Shown in pieces: positions 28,749 to 38,211 of a DNA stretch of 52,102 bases. Below the pieces are notes generated by a model, which searched no databases, was not told the DNA's origin, and saw only the letters and a list, made by a program, of their open reading frames with translations. Numbering within the stretch: position 1 is the first letter of the stretch; each line of letters begins with the position of its first letter. A program made the position numbers and the translations under genes. Origin of the DNA: Candidatus Falkowbacteria bacterium CG1_02_37_21 (GTDB lineage: Bacteria > Patescibacteriota > Patescibacteriia > Patescibacteriales > UBA12465); NCBI GenBank assembly GCA_001871165.1, contig MNUT01000002.1:1-52102 (forward strand), given 5' to 3'.

Positions 28749-29543
28749 ATGTTAAAAAAAATTAAAAAAAACACTAGTCCCTTAAACGTTGAGCCAATAA
28801 TAATCAGCGAGACAGACGATTATTTGGTTATTAATAAACCAGCCGGTTTAGCCGTCCATGGCGGCGGTAATTTAAAAGAAGCGACTCTGGCCGACTGGTT
28901 AGTTTTCTCTTACCCAAAAATTAAAACTGTCGGAGACGACCAAACTCGTCCCGGTTTAGTGCATCGTTTAGATAAGGATGTCAGCGGACTAATGGTTGTC
29001 GCTAAAACGACGGCCAGCTTTGATGCTCTTAAAAGTCAATTTAAAGATCGTGAAGTTAATAAAGAATATACCGCCCTGGTACACGGTCAAATAGTTAAAG
29101 ACGAGGATATTATTGACTTTCCCATTGTCCGTTCACAAGCCGGTTATAAAATGGCGGCCGTACCGGCTGGAGCAGAAGATTTATTAACTAAATCAAAGCC
29201 ACAAGGACGTGACCAAGGGAATATATCTAGCTGGTTTAAGTCACGCACCGCTTTAACTGAGTTTGATGTCATTCAACGTTTCGTAAATTACACGCTCCTA
29301 CACATCAAAATAAAAACCGGACGAACTCATCAAATCCGTGTTCATTTTTTTGCATATGGACATCCCCTAGTCGGTGATGATTTATACCAAAATAAAAAAT
29401 CCAAAATTAAAAATAAGAAATTACAACTGGGACGAGTCTTCTTGGTAGCAGACCATTTAAATTTTCGAGATTTACAAGGAAAAATTCAAAAATTTAAAAT
29501 AGACTTGCCGGCTGAGTTACAGAGCTTCCTCCCTCGTCACTAA
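28749..29543 (+). CDS. RluA/RluD-family pseudouridine synthase
   Basis: INKPAGLAVH, VHRLDKDVSG, TGRTHQIRVH, GHPLVGD. Confidence 0.94.
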   Translation: MLKKIKKNTSPLNVEPIIISETDDYLVINKPAGLAVHGGGNLKEATLADWLVFSYPKIKTVGDDQTRPGLVHRLDKDVSGLMVVAKTTASFDALKSQFKDREVNKEYTALVHGQIVKDEDIIDFPIVRSQAGYKMAAVPAGAEDLLTKSKPQGRDQGNISSWFKSRTALTEFDVIQRFVNYTLLHIKIKTGRTHQIRVHFFAYGHPLVGDDLYQNKKSKIKNKKLQLGRVFLVADHLNFRDLQGKIQKFKIDLPAELQSFLPRH

Positions 29544-29655
29544 AAAATGAAAAGTTGAGAAACCCCTTTGACACTACTTAAGATTTTTACTATAATAAAG
29601 AAATATTTAATAATCATGGTGCCATAGCACCACTTAAAAAATAATTTTAAAAACT

Positions 29656-30660
29656 ATGAAAAAAATCGTACATTCCGTTTTCGGCCGCGACAATTTCGTG
29701 CGCATTACTTTGCCGATTTTATTGGTCGTCGTGTTAGCGATTATTGGCTGGTCTTCTTTTCGTCCAGCTAATACAAATTTGAGTGAAGATCAAGCTAAAA
29801 CTAAAGCCGAGACTTTCATAAACAATAATTTAATGCAAGCCGGCAGTAAAGCAACCATTAAAGATATTACAGAAGCTTACGGTTTATACAAATTGAACAT
29901 AGATATTACCACCAGCGTTGTGGAGTCTTATATGTCTAAAGACGGGAAATTATTCTTTCCTCAAGCTTTAGATATTGATCAGTTGAGCGGTGAACAAGGT
30001 AGCGCCGCTGGCAGTGCTACTGCCCCGGCCGCTACAGTTAGCACTAAGAACGACAAACCAGTCGTTGAACTTTTTGTGATGTCTTATTGCCCATATGGAA
30101 CCCAGATTGAAAAAGGTATTTTACCGGTTATTAAGGCTTTAGGCGATAAAATAGATTTTCAACTTAAATTCGTTAACTATGCTATGCATGGTGAAAAAGA
30201 ATTACAAGAAAATCTTGCCCAGTACTGTATTCAGAAAGAACAAAATTCTAAATTCCAAGATTACTTAAATTGTTTCTTGGCCTCAGAAGATTCTGCTTCT
30301 TGTCTCAGTTCTACTGGTGTTAACAAGAGTAAACTGGACTCTTGCGTTTCAATCACTGATAAACAATACAAAATCACCGAAAACTTTAAAAATAATGTAG
30401 AGTTCCAGGGTACTTACCCGAGCTTTAACGTAGAAAAAGCCGATAACGTTAAATATAGTGTAGCTGGTTCTCCCACCTTAATCATTAATGGTGAAGAAAT
30501 TTCCAGTAATCGTGATGCTGCTTCCCTATTAACAACAATCTGCAGTGGCTTTAATAATAGCCCAGCAGAATGTAGTACAACTTTATCATCCGCTTCTCCT
30601 GCCCCTGGTTTTGGGACAGGAACTACGGCTTCCGGAACTGGAACCGCTGAGTGTCAATAA
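29656..30660 (+). CDS. Membrane-anchored thioredoxin-fold (DsbA-like) Cys-rich protein
   Basis: N-terminal TM, VELFVMSYCPYG, GSPTLIING. Confidence 0.7.
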   Translation: MKKIVHSVFGRDNFVRITLPILLVVVLAIIGWSSFRPANTNLSEDQAKTKAETFINNNLMQAGSKATIKDITEAYGLYKLNIDITTSVVESYMSKDGKLFFPQALDIDQLSGEQGSAAGSATAPAATVSTKNDKPVVELFVMSYCPYGTQIEKGILPVIKALGDKIDFQLKFVNYAMHGEKELQENLAQYCIQKEQNSKFQDYLNCFLASEDSASCLSSTGVNKSKLDSCVSITDKQYKITENFKNNVEFQGTYPSFNVEKADNVKYSVAGSPTLIINGEEISSNRDAASLLTTICSGFNNSPAECSTTLSSASPAPGFGTGTTASGTGTAECQ

Positions 30661-30676
30661 AAATAAAGTAAAGCTA

Positions 30677-30706
30677 AAAGACGGACCGATTGGTCCGTCT
30701 TTTTTT
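30677..30706. terminator. Bidirectional terminator
   Basis: AAAAGACGGACC-GATT-GGTCCGTCTTTT. Confidence 0.75.
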
Positions 30707-30739
30707 ATTCCGAGAAACTAAATTCGTATAGCAATATTT

Positions 30740-31975
30740 TTACTTAGCAGCCACTCGTCCGCGATATTTTTCCGCTTTTAAAATACGCTGAACTGCAATA
30801 CTGTAAGCGGCCTGACGTAAAGTTATAGAACCTGACCGCTCCTTATACTTATCATAGACTCGCCCCCAATTAACAATCATCTTTTTATGTAAAAGATTTT
30901 TTAGATAATCTTCAGCTAAAATTTGTCCGGTTCTATTCTGAGCCCATTCAAAATAACTAACGATAACTCCACCGGAGTTCGCCAAGATATCAGGAACGAC
31001 CACTATTTTTTTATTGAATAAAATCTTATCAGCTTCATAAACAATAGGACCATTAGCCAATTCTACAATCACTTTAGCTTTAATATTGTCAGCATTCTCA
31101 ACTGTAATCTGGTTTTCCAGGGCCGCTAAAACTAGAATATCAGTCTCTAATTCTAGTAATTCAGCGTTAGTAATGGCCCGACCGGCGGAGTATTCATTAA
31201 CAGCCTTACCACTATTTTTAAAGGTAACCAAAGCAGCCACATCCAGGCCAGCTTCATTATAAATTCCGCCACGACTATCAGAAACAGCAATAACTTTATA
31301 ACCGTCAGCGGCTAATTTTTCTGTCATAAACAAACCGGCATTCCCGAAACCTTGCACAACAATCTTAACCTCTTTTTTATCCTGCAAAATTTCTTTAATA
31401 GCTTCCTTAGTGACTAAATATCCACCAGCCGCCGTGGCATCACTGCGTAAAGCAATTCCTCCTAACTCTAAAGGCTTGCCAGTAATCATGCCGGGCTCAT
31501 GATGTCCTACCTTCTTCTCAAACTCATCCAGTATCCAAGACATAATCCGACCATTAGTATAAACGTCGGGAGCTGGTACATCTTTATCTTGACCAAGTTC
31601 TTGATAAAAAGCATCAGCATAGGCACGACTTACCGCTTCTAGTTCTTTATCATCAGCCTCTTTAGGATTAAATTTAACGCCACCCTTAGCGCCACCATAG
31701 GGAATATCAGCTAGAGAATTTTTCAACACCATCCAGAAGGCTAAAGACTGTACCTCGTCTTCACTCACATCGGGATGAAAACGAATACCACCCTTACCCG
31801 GCCCGAGGGCACGATTATATAGAATTCTCCAAGCGGGATATTTTTTATCGCCAATAGCTAATTCAGAATAATTAACTTTTACCGGCTCTCGCAGGAGAGC
31901 TATTTCCTCCTCTTTAATATTATCTAATTTAGCCACATCCTCTAAACGCTTAAGATTGTCTGCGAAGATATTCAT
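30740..31975 (-). CDS. gdhA: Glu/Leu/Phe/Val (glutamate) dehydrogenase
   Basis: GPGKGGIRF, PYGGAKGG, DVPAPDV, ITGKP, QGFGNAG, ELANGP. Confidence 0.9.
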   Translation of the reverse strand: MNIFADNLKRLEDVAKLDNIKEEEIALLREPVKVNYSELAIGDKKYPAWRILYNRALGPGKGGIRFHPDVSEDEVQSLAFWMVLKNSLADIPYGGAKGGVKFNPKEADDKELEAVSRAYADAFYQELGQDKDVPAPDVYTNGRIMSWILDEFEKKVGHHEPGMITGKPLELGGIALRSDATAAGGYLVTKEAIKEILQDKKEVKIVVQGFGNAGLFMTEKLAADGYKVIAVSDSRGGIYNEAGLDVAALVTFKNSGKAVNEYSAGRAITNAELLELETDILVLAALENQITVENADNIKAKVIVELANGPIVYEADKILFNKKIVVVPDILANSGGVIVSYFEWAQNRTGQILAEDYLKNLLHKKMIVNWGRVYDKYKERSGSITLRQAAYSIAVQRILKAEKYRGRVAAK

Positions 31976-32032
31976 ATATATTAATATAATAAGCAAAAAA
32001 CTAACACCTTTAGCATTGGTTTAAATTGCTTT

Positions 32033-32368
32033 TTATTTATTGAGATAAGACATTATTTCTCTCTGTAAGGTTGCTTTATCACGTAAACCAATAAATTCTC
32101 CGATTACCTGACCATCCTTAAATAATTTCATATTTGGGATGCTCATAATCTGATACTCTACAGCTAAATCACGATTAGCTCCGTCTTCCGTATTTAATTT
32201 AGTGATTTTAACTTGACTGGCCATCTCTTCCGCCAGCTCATCAAGCACCGGAGCCATTATACGGCAAGGACCACACCAAGGAGCCCAAAAATCTACCAAC
32301 ACCGGTTCTTTGCTTTGTAAGACTTCAGCCGCGAAATTGTCTTTGTTGACATCTAAAGCTTTAGACAT
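32033..32368 (-). CDS. trxA: Thioredoxin
   Basis: VDFWAPWCGPC. Confidence 0.96.
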   Translation of the reverse strand: MSKALDVNKDNFAAEVLQSKEPVLVDFWAPWCGPCRIMAPVLDELAEEMASQVKITKLNTEDGANRDLAVEYQIMSIPNMKLFKDGQVIGEFIGLRDKATLQREIMSYLNK

Positions 32369-32394
32369 AAATTTTTTATTAATTATTAAACTGC

Positions 32395-32640
32395 TTATTT
32401 AACTTTTATAATTTCTTTAAATATTTTTTCCATTTTATTCTTATCCTTCCCGTCAGTATTCATCAAACAATTATCCAGTTCCGCTCCTACCAATTTCTCC
32501 ATTAAAGAAGACAGGGCGGATCGCGCCGCTTTTAACTGGGTTAACAGGGCAAAACAGTCTCGCTGCTCACTCGTCAACATTTTTTTAGCTCCCGTTAATT
32601 GACCAATAACATTATTGATACGTTGTTCTAAAGTTTTCAT
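32395..32640 (-). CDS. CsoR/RcnR-family repressor
   Basis: RINNVIGQL..AKKML...DC..LLTQLKAARSAL...C. Confidence 0.88.
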   Translation of the reverse strand: MKTLEQRINNVIGQLTGAKKMLTSEQRDCFALLTQLKAARSALSSLMEKLVGAELDNCLMNTDGKDKNKMEKIFKEIIKVK

Positions 32641-32646
32641 ATTTCT

Positions 32647-32676
32647 ATTATACAGTACACCCCTATGGGGTGTCAA
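32647..32676 (-). promoter_or_regulatory. Promoter with CsoR-type operator between -35 and -10
   Basis: TTGACA-18-TATAAT; palindrome ACACCCC-TAT-GGGGTGT at 32657-32673. Confidence 0.8.
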
Positions 32677-32689
32677 GGGCTAACAAATT

Positions 32690-34471
32690 TTATGACAAAT
32701 ACTCTTTAACCGGAGCCTTTTTGCTAGACGCGGTTAATGACCCCTTCCCCTGTAAGCAGCTATCACATTTACCACAAGGAGCGGCTGAGTGATCGCCAAA
32801 ATAACGTAAAATGTATTGCTGTCGACAGCCGGTATGGTAAACGTAATTCTCCATCTCATCCAATTTTTCATAAGCGCGCGCCGCCTTATTTTTAAGTTCT
32901 TCAAAATTTAAATTTAGATCCTCTGCTTTAACCTGTTTCAAAATTTTAATTTCCGTACCGCGGAAAGGCGGATGATAATCTACTAAATCTTGTTCTGCTA
33001 ATTTTTTTACGGCCCGCAGCAAGGCCTCTTTTTTAAAATGTAATACTACTGCCACTTCTTCCGGACTAAAATCCCAACCGGCAATTAATTCTGAAGCATA
33101 TTTTATGCCCAAAGCTGTCGCGATTTCCCGCTGACTTTTAGCGCGAGGACTAATAGCTGCCAAAACTTCAGTCCAAGGCTTTTTAGCTTTTAAATAAGAG
33201 TTAGAAGTTTTTTCATTAGGCCGTGAAATATAACCCTCTCTTTCTAAAATTTTTAAAGCCGTTCCAATCGCCATTTCCGGGACAGAGTCCGATAAACTTT
33301 GTCCAATCTCAGCATAAGTTATAATAACAGAGGCCTTAGGGTCTACTTCCGCTTCTACCCGATTCTGTAAAAAATCATAAATTTCAATAATTATTTTGGG
33401 ATCAGGATTATCTCCTTTAATAAAAAATTCTCGTAAATAACGATCCTGTTGATGATAAAATAATAAACAAAAACTATCCTGTCCGTCACGGCCAGCTCGT
33501 CCCGCTTCCTGATAGTAAGCTTCTATTGTGCCCGGTAAATCATGATGAATAACAAAACGAATATCCCTTTTATTAATTCCCAGGCCAAAAGCATTAGTCG
33601 CCACTACTACTTGAGCGGCGCCACTCATGAATTGTCCCTGAACCCAGTCACGGCTGGAAGCATCTAGGCCGGCGTGGTAAGCTACCGCCTTCACTCCGTT
33701 GTCCATCAAAGCTTCTAGAATTTCATCAGCTTTAGACCTAGTTCCTACATAAATAATACCATTTCCCAAATCCTTATTCTCAGTCAATAAATTCACAATC
33801 GTCGAAACCTTCTGACCATTACCGGTTGGGGTCACTGCAAAATGTAAATTAGGACGAGAAAAACCAGTTATCACTAATTCCGAATCTTGCAAACCTAATT
33901 GTTTTACAATATCATCACGCACTTCCGGTGTCGCCGTGGCCGTCAAAGCCACGACCGTAGGCGAACCGCTAAACTTTATAGCACTTTTTAAGCGAACATA
34001 GCTAGGGCGAAAATCATGTCCCCACTGACTGATACAATGCGCTTCATCAATCGCGAATAAAGAAACTTTAATTTTTTTTAACTCAGTCAAAAAAATGTGA
34101 TTATAAAAACGTTCCGGAGCGATATAAACTATTTTATAAGCGCCGTTTCGTAGAGCCTCTAAACGCCGATCAGTCTCCTGTAAAGAAATAGAAGAATTAA
34201 TAAAAGTTGCCGGAATACCAACCCTCTCTAAAGAATCAACTTGATCTTTCATTAAAGCAATTAAAGGAGAAATAACAATAGTAATGCCCTCTAAAATTAA
34301 GGCTGGCAACTGAAAAATTAAAGACTTACCACCTCCGGTCGGTAAGACTACCACCGTGTCACGACCGCTCAAAATACTATCAATAGCCGCCTCTTGTCCG
34401 GGCAAAAAAGATTCATAAGCAAAATGAATCTTTAGCAGTTCTTTTAATTGTTGTTTTTGTTTGGCTATCAT
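32690..34471 (-). CDS. recQ: RecQ-family DNA helicase
   Basis: [42 protein letters not shown]...CGKCDSC. Confidence 0.94.
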   Translation of the reverse strand: MIAKQKQQLKELLKIHFAYESFLPGQEAAIDSILSGRDTVVVLPTGGGKSLIFQLPALILEGITIVISPLIALMKDQVDSLERVGIPATFINSSISLQETDRRLEALRNGAYKIVYIAPERFYNHIFLTELKKIKVSLFAIDEAHCISQWGHDFRPSYVRLKSAIKFSGSPTVVALTATATPEVRDDIVKQLGLQDSELVITGFSRPNLHFAVTPTGNGQKVSTIVNLLTENKDLGNGIIYVGTRSKADEILEALMDNGVKAVAYHAGLDASSRDWVQGQFMSGAAQVVVATNAFGLGINKRDIRFVIHHDLPGTIEAYYQEAGRAGRDGQDSFCLLFYHQQDRYLREFFIKGDNPDPKIIIEIYDFLQNRVEAEVDPKASVIITYAEIGQSLSDSVPEMAIGTALKILEREGYISRPNEKTSNSYLKAKKPWTEVLAAISPRAKSQREIATALGIKYASELIAGWDFSPEEVAVVLHFKKEALLRAVKKLAEQDLVDYHPPFRGTEIKILKQVKAEDLNLNFEELKNKAARAYEKLDEMENYVYHTGCRQQYILRYFGDHSAAPCGKCDSCLQGKGSLTASSKKAPVKEYLS

Positions 34472-34516
34472 GGAGTCGTAAAGTCTACGATAATTTATTA
34501 AAACTATTAATTACAC

Positions 34517-35308
34517 TTACTGACGTCGTTTAAAAATTTCCCAAGTGTTCTGGAATAAAAAGGCGATAGTCATTGGGCCAATACCACCCGGCACCGGCGT
34601 GAGAAAAGAGGCAATATCTTTAGCTTCCTTAGTATCAACATCACCTAAAATTTTATCGCCGACTTTAGTAATACCAATATCAATAATTACCACATCCTTT
34701 TTTAACATTTCTTTTTTTATCTTACCCGGTTCGCCTAAAGCACTCACTATTAAATCTGCTTGCTCCGGATTCTTTTGCAAACTGACAATCATTTCTTCTT
34801 GTTCCAGAAATTTTTTAACACTCTGGCCAAAAACCTCGGAATTATACAGGACGCAAACACTTTTACCGGCCGGCATAAAATTAATATCATCCAAACACGC
34901 TTTAATGGCTGCCAAAACCGGTGATACAATATAATCGGGATGATGAGGATGAAAACCATCCACATCTTTATCCGGTTGAATAGCTTGAATTATTTTATCG
35001 GTATTGAATTGTTTCGGCAGAGGCAGTTGAACTAAAATGCCATCGATCAATTCATCTTTATTTAAAAAATCAATGACAGACAACAATTCTGCCTCTGGAG
35101 TGTCAGCTGCCATTTTATATAAATGAGTATCAATACCCACCTTCTTGCCTTCCTGTTCTTTTTTACTGACATAAAGCTGAGAATCCGAACGATCGCCAAC
35201 TAAAATAATAGCCAAGTTGGGTCTTGGTCCTTTTGACTTTTCAATTTCCGCCGCAATTTTTTTCTTAATTTTTTCGGCAATAGCTTGTCCGTCTATTTTT
35301 TGCATCAT
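34517..35308 (-). CDS. folD: Methylene-THF dehydrogenase/cyclohydrolase
   Basis: GILVQLPLP, KDVDGF, IDIGI, TPVPGGIGPMT. Confidence 0.94.
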   Translation of the reverse strand: MMQKIDGQAIAEKIKKKIAAEIEKSKGPRPNLAIILVGDRSDSQLYVSKKEQEGKKVGIDTHLYKMAADTPEAELLSVIDFLNKDELIDGILVQLPLPKQFNTDKIIQAIQPDKDVDGFHPHHPDYIVSPVLAAIKACLDDINFMPAGKSVCVLYNSEVFGQSVKKFLEQEEMIVSLQKNPEQADLIVSALGEPGKIKKEMLKKDVVIIDIGITKVGDKILGDVDTKEAKDIASFLTPVPGGIGPMTIAFLFQNTWEIFKRRQ

Positions 35309-35309
35309 A

Positions 35310-36551
35310 TTATTTAGTAGGTATCGGGAAACGTTCACAAAGTTCCTTAACTTTTATTTTTAATTCCAATAATTTTTCTTCATCGCCGGCATTCATTAGA
35401 GCTATGTCCATATAATCGGCGATTAATTTCATTTCCGTCTCTTTCATGCCGCGAGTAGTAACAGCCGGGGTTCCTAAACGCAAACCAGAAGGATTCATCG
35501 GCGGATTAGGGTCATTAGGAATAGTAGAGCGTGAAGTAGAAATACCAATTTTTTCTAAAATCTTTTCCGCTTCTTTACCGACTAAATTTTTAGAAGCTAA
35601 ATTTACAACCATCATATGATTATCAGTTCCCCCGGAAACAATCTGATAACCGCGTGTCATAAATTCCTGAGCTAAGGTACGAGCGTTGCTAATAATTTGT
35701 CTGGCATAATCTTTAAATTCCGGACGAAGAGCTTCGCCAAAGGCCACGGCCTTAGCGGCGGTAATATGATCATGCGGACCACCTTGCATACCGGGAAAAA
35801 CAGCGCGATCAACCTGCTTAGCAAACTTTTCCTTACACATTATTATTGCGCCACGCGGTCCCCGTAAAGTTTTATGAGTGGTGGTAGAAACTACATCAAA
35901 AATTGGTACAGGATTTTTTATTTCTCCGGCAGCAATCAAGCCAGCAATATGTGCAATGTCAGCAAAAGTATAAGCCCCTATCTCGTCAGCAATGGCTTGA
36001 AATTTTTCCCAATCAATCTCACGAGAATAGGCACTAAAGCCGGCGACGATCATTTTTGGTTTCTCGGCTAAAGCAATACGACGCACTTCTTCCATATCTA
36101 TCAAACCACTTTTTTCATTCACGCCATACTGCACAAAATTATAAAGACGACCGGAGAAATTAACGCTATGCCCGTGTGAAAGATGACCGCCATGGTCAAG
36201 TTTTAAACCCAAAACTTTATCGCCTGGTTCCAAAAAAGCCATATAAACAGCGGCGTTGGCCGGTGATCCGGATAAAGGTTGCACATTTACATGTTCCGCC
36301 TGAAATAATTGTTTAGCTCGCTCTATTGCCAAAGTTTCTATATCATCAATATTACAATTACCGCCATAATAACGCTTACCGGCGTAACCTTCGCTATATT
36401 TATTGGTTAAAACCGTGGCCATCGCCTCTAAAACAGCCGGCGAAACATAGTTCTCTGAAGCAATAAGTTCTATTTCCTCATTTTGCCGTTTTTCTTCCTT
36501 CTGAACTATTTCCCAAACAGCCGTATCATTTTGTAAATTATTATATTTCAT
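35310..36551 (-). CDS. glyA: Serine hydroxymethyltransferase
   Basis: LIASEN, NKYSEGY, GGHLSHG, TTTHKTLRGPRG. Confidence 0.97.
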   Translation of the reverse strand: MKYNNLQNDTAVWEIVQKEEKRQNEEIELIASENYVSPAVLEAMATVLTNKYSEGYAGKRYYGGNCNIDDIETLAIERAKQLFQAEHVNVQPLSGSPANAAVYMAFLEPGDKVLGLKLDHGGHLSHGHSVNFSGRLYNFVQYGVNEKSGLIDMEEVRRIALAEKPKMIVAGFSAYSREIDWEKFQAIADEIGAYTFADIAHIAGLIAAGEIKNPVPIFDVVSTTTHKTLRGPRGAIIMCKEKFAKQVDRAVFPGMQGGPHDHITAAKAVAFGEALRPEFKDYARQIISNARTLAQEFMTRGYQIVSGGTDNHMMVVNLASKNLVGKEAEKILEKIGISTSRSTIPNDPNPPMNPSGLRLGTPAVTTRGMKETEMKLIADYMDIALMNAGDEEKLLELKIKVKELCERFPIPTK

Positions 36552-36607
36552 ATCGTTAATCTTAAGTGAGTGATAATCTTTTGTCAAAAATAATTTTAAA
36601 TAAAATT

Positions 36608-37306
36608 TTATTTAAATTTTCTAAATAAAGGTCCGTACATATCATCTCTTATATCAATTCTTAACTCGTTTTTATTAACCTTATTACAATAACTAACTGG
36701 CGCGCCGCTAATAACGGCGACTGGCTGTCGTTCTGCTCCTTCACCCATTAATAATACCGCTGCTGTGGCTAAACTATCAGCCATATCCACGCTGGAAAAA
36801 TGAAAAGGTCTTCCAAAAATATCTTCTTCCTGACGATAATCTTTTAGACCATGAAAACCGGCATAACCAAGAGCCACGCCGGTAATCCCAGAGCGTAAAG
36901 GTATTACTCGACTATCAGTGATAATCACTCCTAAATTTTTAAGAGAAAATTTGCGACGAAAATGATTACGAATCTTAGCCGCCGATAAAAAGCTGTCTTT
37001 TGGCAAAAGGATTAAATCGCCATTAGCATTACTCTCATCAACCCCAGCGTTAGCCATCACTATTCCCTCTTTAATAGTTAAGTAAACATATTTTGTTTCC
37101 ATTTGAAATTCACTCTCGCTATTAATGATTTCTCTTTTCTGTTTATCACTAACATTCTTCACTACCCTGTTTTCCGCTAAAGCTACAATTTTAGAAGTCA
37201 CCACTAAAATATCACCTTCGGCCAGGCACAAAAAATATTTTTCCAAAAAAAATAATAAATTTTCTCCCGGTTTAAATATCCTGGTTTTGCTGGCTTTTAT
37301 TTTCAT
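36608..37306 (-). CDS. CofE/F420-0:gamma-glutamyl ligase-like protein (possible alternative folylpolyglutamate synthase)
   Basis: VTSKIVA, NAGVDESN, VIITDS, PLRSG..GVALG, MGEGAERQP. Confidence 0.85.
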   Translation of the reverse strand: MKIKASKTRIFKPGENLLFFLEKYFLCLAEGDILVVTSKIVALAENRVVKNVSDKQKREIINSESEFQMETKYVYLTIKEGIVMANAGVDESNANGDLILLPKDSFLSAAKIRNHFRRKFSLKNLGVIITDSRVIPLRSGITGVALGYAGFHGLKDYRQEEDIFGRPFHFSSVDMADSLATAAVLLMGEGAERQPVAVISGAPVSYCNKVNKNELRIDIRDDMYGPLFRKFK

Positions 37307-37940
37307 AAGATAAAAGATGAATCCCTAAATAAGATAAAGGGGTATAGACAAAGCCCATCCCCACTTTATATAACCACCAAGGCAAACCCATTAAAATTAT
37401 AGTTTTTAAGGGATACACTCCAATAAAAGCGACCAACATAAATATTCCCGTATCTAAAAATTGCGACCACAGGTTAGATAAGTTTGATTGTAGCCAAAAA
37501 GCTTTATCATTTAATTTCTTCTTAAACCAAAAGAAAGCCAATACGTCCTGATATTCACCAATAACATAAGCTAAAAGAGAGGCTAAGGACATCCGCAGAG
37601 AAACGCTAAAGATTGTATTGTATGAATCTTTAAAAGCTAAACCACCCTGAGACCAGGGGGCGCTCAAAGAAATAAGAGAATATAACATAAATACCGCGAC
37701 ACTGATAAATCCAGCCATCACAAAATTCTTAGCCATACGACGGCCATAAACTTGACCAATAACATCCGTAGTTAAGAAGACAAAAGGGAAAAAAATAATT
37801 GATACCGATAAATGTGTACCAAAAATAAAAGGCATGATTTTTAAGCCTAAGGTGTTAGCCGCAAATAAGGACGCTAAGTAGAGCGTAAGGGCGATAATAA
37901 TCCTGAAATTTATTTTTTCTGTTGATATTGAACTTGGCAT
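37272..37940 (-). CDS. VUT/YhhQ-family (queuosine-precursor-type) transporter
   Basis: FPFVFLTTDV..VYG, RMSLASLLAY, SQFLDT..F..VAF. Confidence 0.88.
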   Translation of the reverse strand: MPSSISTEKINFRIIIALTLYLASLFAANTLGLKIMPFIFGTHLSVSIIFFPFVFLTTDVIGQVYGRRMAKNFVMAGFISVAVFMLYSLISLSAPWSQGGLAFKDSYNTIFSVSLRMSLASLLAYVIGEYQDVLAFFWFKKKLNDKAFWLQSNLSNLWSQFLDTGIFMLVAFIGVYPLKTIILMGLPWWLYKVGMGFVYTPLSYLGIHLLSYENKSQQNQDI

Positions 37941-37975
37941 TGAAATGAAAACTAAATAATTAAAATTAAACAAAC

Positions 37976-38124
37976 AAAAAACGCCCAAGAGGCGTTCCTA
38001 AACAACAAAAAATCGCCTCCAGCTTATGACATACTGTTGGTGGTCGGATTACAACCGGACCAAGTTTTAATATTTTTATTGATTAGCATGGTAATATTAT
38101 ACACTAAATCCCAGCAAAATACAA
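37976..38124 (-). promoter_or_regulatory. Putative attenuator: promoter, leaderless 21-aa ORF (38089-38024), antiterminator and terminator
   Basis: TTGTAT-17-TATAAT-6-ATG; GGAGGCG can pair with CGCCTC of terminator AACGCC-TCTTG-GGCGTT plus T tract. Confidence 0.6.
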
Positions 38125-38211
38125 ATTTTTATTGATTGCTCCGTCAAGCAATTTAAGTTATAATCACTATATAAGTTTAATAAATAATAAATAAATTAAT
38201 TTAAAGAACAT

